This document shows, one piece after another, positions 39,554 to 50,000 of a stretch of DNA of 64,000 bases. A program made the position numbers and the translations under genes. The notes beneath the pieces were generated by a model. The model did no database searches. It was not told the DNA's origin and saw nothing but the letters and a program-made list of their open reading frames with translations. Positions within the stretch are counted from its first letter, which is position 1; every line of letters starts with the position of its first letter. Source of the DNA: a virus (taxonomy: Duplodnaviria > Caudoviricetes); the IMG/VR virus record IMGVR_UViG_3300031555_001762; one strand, given 5' to 3'.

Positions 39554-40186
39554 TTATTGCTCGAATCCATGCCAACGAACATCTTCTATAAAAGAGTGGT
39601 TAATCAATCTATGTTGATACGCTTCTTCAATGATTTTATAGGCGACATCAATTTCTCCATTTGTCAAACCGCGCTCTTTAATAATACGTTCATATTCTTC
39701 ATGAATTTTAAAAATACGGTTGAATTGCTCTCTTGTTGCTGGGAACTTATAATCCGCAACCTTTTCAGCAAAACTAATAATGGTTTCGCGCTTATTGTCA
39801 ACGCGCAAATCTGTTATATCTTCGCTGTTCTTATCTAGCTTTCTATTAATTTCCCTGACTATTTCTTCATGGTCATCAAGTCTAGTATTAACAGCGTCAA
39901 TCCATTTATTACGCATAGCAATATTATCAGTGCTATAATGCTGGTCAACATCACTAAGCAGTTTTTGAACGTCGCTCATCATTTCTGGCATCCTAGCAAG
40001 AGTTTCGCGCTCTTGTTTTTTGCGAGCAAAGTATTTTCTAAATTTAACGAACTCAGGGACAACTTTTCCACTAAGTTCTAAAATCTCTCCAATAAGATTT
40101 GATATCGCAAAGAAAACTACTATGGCAATAACCAATCCTACTGGGATATTTGTATATTGGTTTATGTATTCCAAATATCCTAGCAC
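39554..40186 (-). CDS. Single-pass membrane protein with coiled coil (lysis-accessory/holin-like)
   Basis: TM VGLVIAIVVFFAI; YE.......TNG motif; GTG 40186 fits RBS AAGGAG better than track start 40258. Confidence 0.65.
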   Translation of the reverse strand: MLGYLEYINQYTNIPVGLVIAIVVFFAISNLIGEILELSGKVVPEFVKFRKYFARKKQERETLARMPEMMSDVQKLLSDVDQHYSTDNIAMRNKWIDAVNTRLDDHEEIVREINRKLDKNSEDITDLRVDNKRETIISFAEKVADYKFPATREQFNRIFKIHEEYERIIKERGLTNGEIDVAYKIIEEAYQHRLINHSFIEDVRWHGFEQ

Positions 40187-40366
40187 ATATAACACGCTCC
40201 TTGAATAAAGGCATCCACGTGTATATGGTGCCTTTCTATAACCTAAAAACAACAACAATAATAGTATGGGAGGGGAGAGGTAGGGGGGAGGGTTAATCTC
40301 CCCCCACCACTTGAAAATCTAATTCTATTGTGTGCAACAATAGTCATTAGCATATAACCCTTTTAG

Positions 40367-41356
40367 TTAAGCGAACAGCTTAGCAACAGTATTTTTACCA
40401 CAAATGCCATCGGCAGAAAGACCGTTCTTCTGCTGATAACGCTTGATAGCAGCAACAGTCTTTGCTCCACAATCGCCGTCAGCACCAGCTGAACCAATAG
40501 AATAGCCACGGCAGATGAGCATCATCTGAACGAGGCGTACAAGGTCACCCTTAGAACCCTTCTTGACGCAACGAGAACCCCAAGCAGCCTTAGAGTTCTT
40601 GCCGAAGATACCATCAGCAGAAGTACCAATAAGCTTCTGAACCTGCTTAACGATAGCAGCCTTGGTAAGCTTGCCAAAGTCACCGTCAACAGCGAGGCCG
40701 CTGTTGTACTTCTTGTTCATGTAAGTCTGAACCTCACGAACATCATCTGGCGTATCATCATAAGAGGGAGCCTTGTTGGAGGCAGCAGGCTTCACAACAG
40801 ACTGAACCTTATTTGCAACAGTAGCGGAAACACTGGGCTTAGATACGTTAGTACCATCGATACCATTTGCAATTGCTAGTGCAACACCATCAGCGCCAAG
40901 CTTCCAATAAGCTTCAGCGTCGGCCTTGGTGTCAACGAAGCAAACTTCAACTAACATAGCTGGCATCTTAGTTGCCTTGATAACAGTAACGTTGTCACGA
41001 TTCTTACGACCACGATCACGAAGACCAAGAGCCTTTGCAAGAGTAGCAGAGGTACGAGCCGCAATAGTCTTTGCACCGCTAGCAGAAGTAGTAAGAACTT
41101 CAGTGCCAGTGCCACCACCAGCATTTAAATGAATCGATACGAAGAAATCAGCGCCAGCTGCATTTGCGCGATTGGCACGACCAGTCAGCCACTCACCAGC
41201 ATGGTCAGCAGGGGTAACATCGATAACCTTATGACCACGAGCCTTAAGCTCCTTGATTAGAGCTGCGCCAATCTTACGATCCTCAACCAGCTCATTTAGA
41301 TAACCATTTGCACCTGTACTTTTGGGACAATGCCCCATGTCAACTGCGATCAGCAT
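40367..41356 (-). CDS. Endolysin: N-acetylmuramoyl-L-alanine amidase (Amidase_3) with peptidoglycan-binding domains
   Basis: Zn/catalytic motifs DMGH, E, SIHLNA, LVEVCFVD; repeated VDG.FG..T..A / ADG.CG..T PG-binding motifs. Confidence 0.92.
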   Translation of the reverse strand: MLIAVDMGHCPKSTGANGYLNELVEDRKIGAALIKELKARGHKVIDVTPADHAGEWLTGRANRANAAGADFFVSIHLNAGGGTGTEVLTTSASGAKTIAARTSATLAKALGLRDRGRKNRDNVTVIKATKMPAMLVEVCFVDTKADAEAYWKLGADGVALAIANGIDGTNVSKPSVSATVANKVQSVVKPAASNKAPSYDDTPDDVREVQTYMNKKYNSGLAVDGDFGKLTKAAIVKQVQKLIGTSADGIFGKNSKAAWGSRCVKKGSKGDLVRLVQMMLICRGYSIGSAGADGDCGAKTVAAIKRYQQKNGLSADGICGKNTVAKLFA

Positions 41357-41377
41357 AGATATCATCTCCTTAATTTG

Positions 41378-41644
41378 TTAATTCTTGGAAAGAGCTTCGA
41401 CTACATCCTTGGAAGTAGTAGAAGCCGTAATGTTGGTAAGCTTGCTGCTTGCGCTTGCAGCATCAACATACGCTTCGGCAGCAACATAGATTGCAACTGA
41501 CAGCATAGAACAAACCATACCAACGGTAGTAAGAGTGTCATTGCCAGTGGTTATACCAGTAATAGAACCACCAATGCTGCCAAGAAAAGCAGCGATTGAA
41601 AGCCATAGCTTTCTCGAAGATAATTTGGTCATTAGCGTCTGCAT
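41378..41644 (-). CDS. Holin
   Basis: KLSSRKLW, two TM segments, Y..AEA.VD; directly upstream of endolysin. Confidence 0.8.
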   Translation of the reverse strand: MQTLMTKLSSRKLWLSIAAFLGSIGGSITGITTGNDTLTTVGMVCSMLSVAIYVAAEAYVDAASASSKLTNITASTTSKDVVEALSKN

Positions 41645-41979
41645 TACGCATCAACCTCCTCATATTGCTTTCCATAATTCTTTTCGTTAATCTCTTGCGC
41701 CATATCTTCAAACTCAGAGTCGCTGTAAACTCCAATCTGTTCTAGCATTTGATTATTCTTTTTTCTTCCAATGTTAACGCCTTCCTTTGCCATCTTAAGT
41801 CTGGCGAGGGAGACAGTTTCAGCAATGAACAACGCAGCAGTTGCGAACGTAACCTCAGATGGGAACCATTCGCCAACAATTGTATAAACGCCAACCATCG
41901 CAATTAGATATAACACCCATGTAACATACATGAATGTAATGATAACTGTTGAACCTTTAGGTTTAGCCATATCAATCAC
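41644..41979 (-). CDS. Two-TM membrane protein in the lysis cassette
   Basis: Two hydrophobic helices; coupled to the holin. Confidence 0.7.
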   Translation of the reverse strand: MIDMAKPKGSTVIITFMYVTWVLYLIAMVGVYTIVGEWFPSEVTFATAALFIAETVSLARLKMAKEGVNIGRKKNNQMLEQIGVYSDSEFEDMAQEINEKNYGKQYEEVDA

Positions 41980-41982
41980 TTC

Positions 41983-44900
41983 CTATGTAAGACCCAGTAA
42001 ATTTTTCAAGCTTTCTATGGTTATTGTAGTCACGCTACCATCATTATCAATATATAACAGTTTACCCGCATTATTGATGCTACCAGTCAAATCGGTATAC
42101 CTCCCACTAGTAGCAACCGTAGCAAGAGATGGTTTATCTGATAGCTCATCGTAACTACCAGAAAATAAAGTTGGTTTATTGGTCAAATCATTATAGTTTC
42201 CAGAGAACAAATTTGGCTTGTTGTTAAGCTCATTATAATTACCAGAAGTCGCAACAGAATGAAAGTCTGGTTTATCGTCCAATTGATTATAACTGCCAGA
42301 GGTTGCAATTGGATGCAGGTTCGTGATAACACCAGAGTCAATTTCTACACCCGTACCTAATTCCAAACTTCGAGCCATAATGTTGCCGTTAATAGTAAGA
42401 CCCTTTTCATTAACTTCGAAAACTTCTTCGCCGCTATACACGATGTTCATGATTTCACTTGTACTCGGATCAATCCTGACGTAATTATCTTCGCCATGTT
42501 CCACTCTAAAGCCGTTTTCATTGAACATCATTGTACCAATATTACTGCCACTTCCGCTAGTGATACTTAAACCACCGCCATCAAACTTCATGTTTCCAGA
42601 TTCATTTTGAATGCTCAAGTTTTCACCGAGAATAAACTTGCCGATAATGGTCTCGCCGTTTACACCGTAAGCCATCCTCATTTCACCAGTCTCAGGATCG
42701 ACATAATAATACTTGCCAACAGCAGTCTTAGTGGTCTTCCAATTATCCGTGGTAATAGCCATAGTTGAGTTGATAATCTTCATCTGCTCTGGCGAGTAAT
42801 CTCCAGTTGCGTCATCGTACTCTCTGAACAACATTCCGTGATTATCCCAAGTCTGACATTGACCATCGGCACCGCCAACAATCTTCACGTTGGTAGCATC
42901 GAGTCCAGAATCAAACCAGCTAGACACAACAGCATTACTTTCCTCGCCCTGCTTCGCTTGTCTTTGAACAGCGGGGTAGGAGGTAGCAATAGAAGAAGCT
43001 TGTGCCAATACATCCTTTACGCTTTTGATACTACTATTAGACCTGACAACATCTGAGAACTCAACTGAAATGCTATCTAAGCTGTCATAGTCTATGGTGT
43101 AACTGATAAGTCTTAGCTTATAAACTCTATCATCAACCATAACCCTCAACCAGTTACCAACCCTAAAGTTATTAACCAATGGTTTAAACTTCTCGATTAC
43201 TAACAGATTTTTAAGGCTTGCTGAAATAGAACACTGAAGCTCAGCTGACTTATAGATTTCCTTCTTTGCCGTTTCGATAAACTCATTTGCAAGAGTGATA
43301 ATTTCCGCATTATTCTTACCTTCTGATATGTAATTGTCATTAGAGTATTTATCTTCTCGTCTAAACGAACAGAACTCAAGCCATAATTTTTCTCCAAGGA
43401 ATTTCTCAAAATCAAGTTCTCCCTGAATTTCAGCCTTGATTTTCTCGATAACAGTCTGCAATCCATCTTCGACCACATTTCCATCTGCATCGTATACTCC
43501 AGAAATTATAGACATCTCATTGCTTCTAATATTCATTTCTTCTTGAATGGCGCTTAGCTTTTTAGCATAATCAGCATACAACATAGTATACAAATCTAAA
43601 GTGTAATCTATATCACTACTGCCGCAGTTTTCACACGTGTTTACAGAGTCTCCTATATAATCACACTCTGGACAATTCAATATGAACTCTTTATCATATC
43701 CGCAATTTGGACATGCGCTTACTATTTTCGTACTAAGCTCTTCATTTTCACTACAATGGATGCATATTCTTTTATCGCCCCATGTTTCCCTGTTAGACAC
43801 ACCCTGTTCAACAAGCAACTCAATACAAGACTGACAAGCATCATGAAAAGATTCCAATCTTTTAAGACTGTATTCCTTTAGCGCATACTGAAAGCTTTCT
43901 TCCGTTTTTGCGCCAATCATAAAATTGTTTCCATCTGAATCCTTGAACAAATCGCCATTGGACGTAACGAAGTTAGCTGCCAGTTCTTTTTCAAACAAAC
44001 TAGAAACGCTTAAATCTTCTGTGTCATCAGCAGAAAGACTTTTATCAAGCTTGTTCTTTACAAATGTTTCATAATCATCGTTGACAATAATTTGTATACT
44101 ATCAGTAGTGCCAGTTATTTCATCATCTGAATATGCAGTTAAAGTTATCTTGCCAGTCCAAACTCTTTCTGATGAGCCTTCGACATAATCCGACAATGTT
44201 GACCCGTCTTCAATTTTTACTTTATATCTAGAATCAACAATGGTTTTTGCCATTGACAGCACAATATTGTCAGCAGTTGATACCGAAGTCGCTTTTAATG
44301 GATTGCTTGAAGTAGATGTAACGTTTACTGCAACGGGTGAGAGATTGTCTGTTGTAAGCTTATTAATCTCTTCTTCTACGATTGGTCTAGCCGTGTTAAC
44401 AGTTGGCATCAATCCACTTTCTAAATACAGATACATATCAAACATATTGTAATAGGCATCTATTAAAGCTGGAAATCCTTTGACTGGATTCTCTATTTTT
44501 TCGAACTTGTCATCATCATCAATCTTCATGAAGTTGTTGTATTTATCAACAAGATCGTTATATTTTTTAACAAGAGCTTCGTCTAGCTGTATGAAATCAG
44601 ACTGATAATCTTTATATAAAATATCATACGCCTCAATAGCCGAAACAAGTTTATCAGACATATCCGCCTTCATTTCATTGCTCAGATACCATATATAATC
44701 GCTGCCATTTGGATTGCAATTCCTAATGGTTGCAGTCATGAGATCGTCGCCAGCTTCAAGTTTGAAGCAGTTCTTCATTGCATCTGTGTCTGTTGTAAGC
44801 TGAATATCATCCGCTATTTCATCGGCAGTAACGAAGATGGTTGTATCTTCGCCATAGCCATCGTCTATGCTATATATGATTTCGTTTCCGTCTTTGTCCT

Positions 44901-45729
44901 TGCCAATGCCTTTGCATTCAGGACACACATCAGAGAACTCTCCACGATAACCGCAATCAGGATTTAGACATCTAGATTCCAAGTCATACACAGAAATGGT
45001 TCTCTGAATACCTCCGTTCTCGTCAGAGCATGAATCAAATACAAATAAACAATTAAGCTCCTCTGCAATCTCTTGACACGCATCGTATATAGAAATTCCA
45101 TCAAACGTAAACTCTCTTTGCATATATCGAAGATTTGTATCAACATGCCCAACAGAATAATGAGGAGCTTTATCCTTTAAAATACGATGTAGGAGAGATG
45201 CTTCTTCGTAGCCTTCAAATGGAAGCTTCATATCTTCCTTTTTAACCTCATTATAAAACTTAACATCGCTTTCAGTTATTCCTTCTCCGAGAACTCCATT
45301 TTCTCTGTATAGAACAGTAGGAATAACATAATCATCTCTTTCAATATCTGCTTCGGTGTTGATTTCAATATTGTAAAGCATAATTTGAGACAACTCTGCT
45401 TGTCCTAGCCTAGTGCAGAACACTGTTTTTACAGTTTCATTCGACTCGTCAATTTCGACAGTACATTCAAACCAACAATTCCATTCAACACAATATACAA
45501 GCTTGAAGTTAGTAATCAAATCCCATAGGCTATCTTTTTCTCCATCAATCTCCTTATGAACATTGAATGTTATTTCAGAAGCATCACTCATGTTATCAGA
45601 TACTTCAATAGCCTTCGCATTTATCTTACCAAGCTTGTCTCCATTCTTCTTTGCCAGTATTAAAGTGGGTTCTTCTGGATTATAAGTAACATCGAAATTA
45701 ATCTTTATAGCATTTGATACTTTATTCAT
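41983..45729 (-). CDS. Baseplate hub / tail spike (Tal-like) with Zn-ribbon insertions and C-terminal SGxYxxLxxKP repeats
   Basis: Position after TMP and Dit; VGNWLRV..D....KLRLI.Y.IDY motif; five terminal repeats. Confidence 0.75.
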   Translation of the reverse strand: MNKVSNAIKINFDVTYNPEEPTLILAKKNGDKLGKINAKAIEVSDNMSDASEITFNVHKEIDGEKDSLWDLITNFKLVYCVEWNCWFECTVEIDESNETVKTVFCTRLGQAELSQIMLYNIEINTEADIERDDYVIPTVLYRENGVLGEGITESDVKFYNEVKKEDMKLPFEGYEEASLLHRILKDKAPHYSVGHVDTNLRYMQREFTFDGISIYDACQEIAEELNCLFVFDSCSDENGGIQRTISVYDLESRCLNPDCGYRGEFSDVCPECKGIGKDKDGNEIIYSIDDGYGEDTTIFVTADEIADDIQLTTDTDAMKNCFKLEAGDDLMTATIRNCNPNGSDYIWYLSNEMKADMSDKLVSAIEAYDILYKDYQSDFIQLDEALVKKYNDLVDKYNNFMKIDDDDKFEKIENPVKGFPALIDAYYNMFDMYLYLESGLMPTVNTARPIVEEEINKLTTDNLSPVAVNVTSTSSNPLKATSVSTADNIVLSMAKTIVDSRYKVKIEDGSTLSDYVEGSSERVWTGKITLTAYSDDEITGTTDSIQIIVNDDYETFVKNKLDKSLSADDTEDLSVSSLFEKELAANFVTSNGDLFKDSDGNNFMIGAKTEESFQYALKEYSLKRLESFHDACQSCIELLVEQGVSNRETWGDKRICIHCSENEELSTKIVSACPNCGYDKEFILNCPECDYIGDSVNTCENCGSSDIDYTLDLYTMLYADYAKKLSAIQEEMNIRSNEMSIISGVYDADGNVVEDGLQTVIEKIKAEIQGELDFEKFLGEKLWLEFCSFRREDKYSNDNYISEGKNNAEIITLANEFIETAKKEIYKSAELQCSISASLKNLLVIEKFKPLVNNFRVGNWLRVMVDDRVYKLRLISYTIDYDSLDSISVEFSDVVRSNSSIKSVKDVLAQASSIATSYPAVQRQAKQGEESNAVVSSWFDSGLDATNVKIVGGADGQCQTWDNHGMLFREYDDATGDYSPEQMKIINSTMAITTDNWKTTKTAVGKYYYVDPETGEMRMAYGVNGETIIGKFILGENLSIQNESGNMKFDGGGLSITSGSGSNIGTMMFNENGFRVEHGEDNYVRIDPSTSEIMNIVYSGEEVFEVNEKGLTINGNIMARSLELGTGVEIDSGVITNLHPIATSGSYNQLDDKPDFHSVATSGNYNELNNKPNLFSGNYNDLTNKPTLFSGSYDELSDKPSLATVATSGRYTDLTGSINNAGKLLYIDNDGSVTTITIESLKNLLGLT

Positions 45730-45741
45730 AATACATCACCG

Positions 45742-46548
45742 CTAAACCCCAACTTTTACAATAGGGGAATAAGTTAATTCAATAGAGCAGGGGAGGGTGG
45801 TTTCAATTTCGTTTAACCTACTCTTAAAAGTCGATGCCAGCCTGAAGAACACCCAATTAAAATCGTTTTGAATTTTTGTTTTTCGCTCATCACCAAGGGA
45901 AGATGATATCATCGGATAGTCTATTGTGATGACTTCATTTGCAACACAATTATTTATCGTCATTTTTCTATCTTCCATATGATTTATAATTGTAAGATTA
46001 CCATCTTCCTTGACTGTTATCTTTGTATTGGCATAAATATAACCCTCATCGTCACTCTTGTTGTAAATATTCACAATTTCTCCAGCTTCAGCATCTAATT
46101 TAACCGTAACTGGTTCGGCAATGGCGAATGGTCTATTGGTAAACATTTTAAGTTCGAAACCAACAATCATGCCGTTAATCTCGACCTTGCTAACATTAAA
46201 ACTTGCTTCGAAATATATTCCAGATAATTCTCCATTATAATCAATTAGCTTAAATTTATGGAAGCTCTTGCGGTTAAGCCATCTCATGATATCTCTTGAT
46301 TTCTCTATGGAAATTACTTCTGTCGGGTCATCGCATAGATTATTGCAGATTTGAAGCGTAGCAGTAAGATAATCTCCAAACTCGACGCTTGTAAGTTCAT
46401 GCCTAGTGCCGCTAAGTGTTGAAACTGTGTTGAATGTAATTTCACTTCCATTAGAAATTGTTTCAACGCCTAACGAGTCGAAACTACACAATGTCATGCC
46501 AAAATCGCTAAGACGAAGTGAGTCATATTCGAAATCGTATGCTCTCAT
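45742..46548 (-). CDS. Distal tail protein (Dit-like)
   Basis: DFEYD...LSDFG, RWLNRK, TNRPFA, FNW.F.RL; lies between TMP and Tal. Confidence 0.7.
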   Translation of the reverse strand: MRAYDFEYDSLRLSDFGMTLCSFDSLGVETISNGSEITFNTVSTLSGTRHELTSVEFGDYLTATLQICNNLCDDPTEVISIEKSRDIMRWLNRKSFHKFKLIDYNGELSGIYFEASFNVSKVEINGMIVGFELKMFTNRPFAIAEPVTVKLDAEAGEIVNIYNKSDDEGYIYANTKITVKEDGNLTIINHMEDRKMTINNCVANEVITIDYPMISSSLGDERKTKIQNDFNWVFFRLASTFKSRLNEIETTLPCSIELTYSPIVKVGV

Positions 46549-46576
46549 TTCCGCAATCACCTCCTCAATATATATG

Positions 46577-46915
46577 CTATTTAATGAAGAGCTTTACAAT
46601 ATTCCATTTTCCCTTGAAAAGCTCTTCATTAAATACCTTTTTCATCATCTTAATTTCAGCAAGGTTTTCATCATACTCCTCGCTCTTCATTTTCAATTCG
46701 TTGATATTTTCTTTTAACTCGCTACGAAGAGATTCGATAGTTGCAGCAAATTCCACACCTTCGTTTTCTTTCTCCGCAATGATTCTATCCTTTTCATCGC
46801 AAGATGACTTAAGCTTTGAAATTTCCATTTTAAGAGATTCAATTTCCTTTGCCTGTCTTGCAATGGTTTTATCTTTAAGTTCTGACTTTCTGTCCTTTGC
46901 AGTTTTTACATTCAT
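46577..46915 (-). CDS. Charged coiled-coil protein
   Basis: K/E-rich heptads. Confidence 0.6.
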   Translation of the reverse strand: MNVKTAKDRKSELKDKTIARQAKEIESLKMEISKLKSSCDEKDRIIAEKENEGVEFAATIESLRSELKENINELKMKSEEYDENLAEIKMMKKVFNEELFKGKWNIVKLFIK

Positions 46916-46949
46916 ATTTTTACACCTAACCTTATTCACACATAGAGAA

Positions 46950-46975
46950 GGGAGGTGCGCATAAGCACACCTCCC
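46950..46975 (-). terminator. Hairpin/terminator downstream of TMP
   Basis: GGGAGGTGTGC-TTAT-GCGCACCTCCC-TTCT; weak U tract. Confidence 0.55.
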
Positions 46976-47058
46976 AATAACAAGTAGATGATATTATAAA
47001 TTAAAGTCCCGTCATCTTCGGAGACCAAACGTCATACTAACGTATAGACAATGCTATA

Positions 47059-50000
47059 CTAACGTATAGACTTTCCCTTTCTAAGAGAACTCTTGCCAGC
47101 AAGCTGGTCAACCCCCATAGAATCAATAAGTCTCTGGAAGTTCTTATCTTTCTTCATTTGAGCAATCATTTCTTCATAATTGCGTACATTAGGCATGCTA
47201 AACACAATTTGCTCGAAGTTTTGCTCTACGCTCGTTGCTGCGCCAGAACCATAATGAGCATTAACATTGCCAATGCCAAGATTATCTTTGATAAACTCAG
47301 CAGGGGAGTTAGCCATGTTCCAAAGGTTGCTAGAAGCAGCAGCATTCAATACGCTATCGCCCTTGGCAAGCGGAGTGAGAATAGCACCGTCAGAAGGTCT
47401 GATGATATATTCCTGTCCATTCTCCTGAGTCCAAGCAGTCTCATCAGACAAGAAGTTTTTCTTACCAGAAGCATATCCGCTAATTTGATTAAGCTTCAAC
47501 CAGCCTAAGTCACCATTGCCAAGTTTAGACCCCGTACTGATATGATATGGATAAGAACCCTTTGGGTTGATATGTGTAATATACACTTCCTTACCAAGAT
47601 GTTGTGAGCCAACAGGAGCCTTACCATATGAGTCAAGATAATATTTTCCACTAACAAATTTAACCTTATCTCCAACTTTAGGAGTGCCGTCACCAGCAGT
47701 TACAGTAGATGGCTTAGTTGTAGCAGGCTTATTAGCTTCTTCTTTTTTCTTAGCTTCTTCGGCAGCTTTTCTGGCTTCTTCAGCGGCCTTGTCTGCTGCG
47801 GTTTGCTGAGCACTTTTAACTTTTGTGCCAGCAATCTTGTTCAACTGACCAATCATGCTTGCAATATTAGTAGAAATATCGCTAAGAGCAGCATTAGTAG
47901 TTGTCATAGAATTCAAGAACTTATCGCCATAAGTTGTAATGACATTGTTTATCGAATTGCTTGTATCGGTGAAGCTTTGAGCATTCCAAATGGTCTTCAT
48001 TGCCTCAGACAATTCGTAACCAACAGCATCTGCTTCATCTGATATGGTGCCACTAATTGAAGCAGCATTATCGTTAATCTGAAGAATCATATCAGAGACA
48101 AGCATATCAAGGTTATCAAGACGCTCGTTAAGAATTGTCTCGTATTCCTCGTACAATTCATCAAGCATCTTTTGTTGGTCGGCTATATATCTATCATATT
48201 CGGTCTCTTCTAAATCTTGCTTGGCTTCTTCAAGAGAAACTTTAAGCTCCTGAACTTTTGCCTTGGTTTCTTCAGAAGTGTCTCCACGATAAGCAGCCAT
48301 TTGCTTTTCAAGAGCGGCAATCTCCTCTGTCTGCTCTTTGACTTTCTTCTGGTAGTCATACAGATCCCTTTGACTGTCAAGAGCCTCATTTCGCTTTTCA
48401 ATAAGTTCATCAAGAGCCTCTAATTCGAGATTGATTCCTTCTTCAACCATGTCTCGAATTGCTTCCTTAGAATCCTGAGCAGAACTAATCATATCCTGCT
48501 GAGCCTCAATAAGCTCATAATATCGATCAGCCAAATCTTGATCAAATGGGTCTTCTGCAAGTTCCTTCTCAAGCTCTGCAATTTGCTTCGCATATTGATC
48601 TGCTTGATTCATGTAAACATTGTAATTAACACCATGAAGACCCATCGTAGCCATACCAGAATCAGTAAGCTGACCTTTATCACTATATAGCTTATCGCTG
48701 CTCATAAGATCTATAAGGAATTCTGATTCTTCAACAACCTTAGAAATTCTATCCTGAATAATATCAAAAACTTCCCAATCCAATTGCTGAAGAATTTGCT
48801 TGTATTCTAACAACTGAGTCTCAGACTCTGCTATTGCAAGCGTAACTTCGTTAATAGAATCACAAAGTTCGACCCATTGCTCACTAGTCTCATCGACAGT
48901 ACCGCTATCCATGATTTCATTGAACGTTCTTAGCAAAGCTGCTTCTTCCGCCTTTAACTGGGCAAGATTGTCTTCTTCAGTATGAACTAAAGCTTTGTAA
49001 TACTCAGCGGACACCAACCAAGCGCGTGTTTCTGCCTGATTGACATACTCTTCAAGCAGATCCTTCTCGGCCTCAATGAGAGATAGAATACCTTCATATT
49101 CAGTTTGAATATGTTCGAAGCGTTGGACGTGCAACTCTGCTTCAGTTTCCTTAAGTTCGTCAATGGCATCTTTGCAATCCAATGCCTTTTCATACCATTG
49201 TCGATATTCGTCAATTTTTTCCTTAAGGTCTTCATTGGTAATTGTCTCAATGTCAATCTCACCGTTACGAACTTTTGCAGCATAATCTTCGGATAAACCA
49301 ACAGAATTTGCTTCTTGCAAATAACGCTCGTATCCAGCTTCTTGAAGCTCAATCTCTTCTCGAACCTTGCTGATTTCCTTGACCAAATTACTGTTACGAG
49401 CAGACCACTTCTTGAAGATACTATTGGCCTTAAGGTCTAATCTATTAATTGCTCTTTCGATTCTGTCGATAGCAACTTCAATCCAGTCGATTTTCTCTTT
49501 AAATTCATCGACCTCTTTTGAAGAGGATGAACTAGACGATTTAGAATTTTTACTACTAGAACTAGAACTAGAACTAGAACTAGATGAAGTGCTAGAATTT
49601 CCTCTGCCACTTCCAGTAGCAGATGTGGTGCGCGTAGAAGAACGACCACTTCCAGTAGCACTGGTTTCAATAATTTTTTCAACAAATGCAAGCCCGCTAG
49701 AGGTAGCATTTCCACCAGCAAAAGCAGTACCGCCAGCAACAGCCCTGCCCCTTGCCTTACCGTTTACAATCTTTCCTTGTTCAAAAAGCTGTTTTGTTTG
49801 ACCAGCATTGAACACAATGTCATTCGGCTTGTAGTCAAAGAATTCAGCGCCATTATCACCAACAGTAAAGAACCTTCCGTCGCGTACTACAAGTTCCTGA
49901 CCCAACTCTCCTACGAGAGCAGTGCCAGACCCCTTAATGCCCCAATTGCCTTGTTTGAATGCACGACCAACTGTTCCCTCTGCGAAAGCTGTGCCATTAG

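Noticed and set aside
49555-49584. Phase variation by the ACTAGA repeat
   Set aside because: Hexamer unit changes stay in frame and only alter linker length
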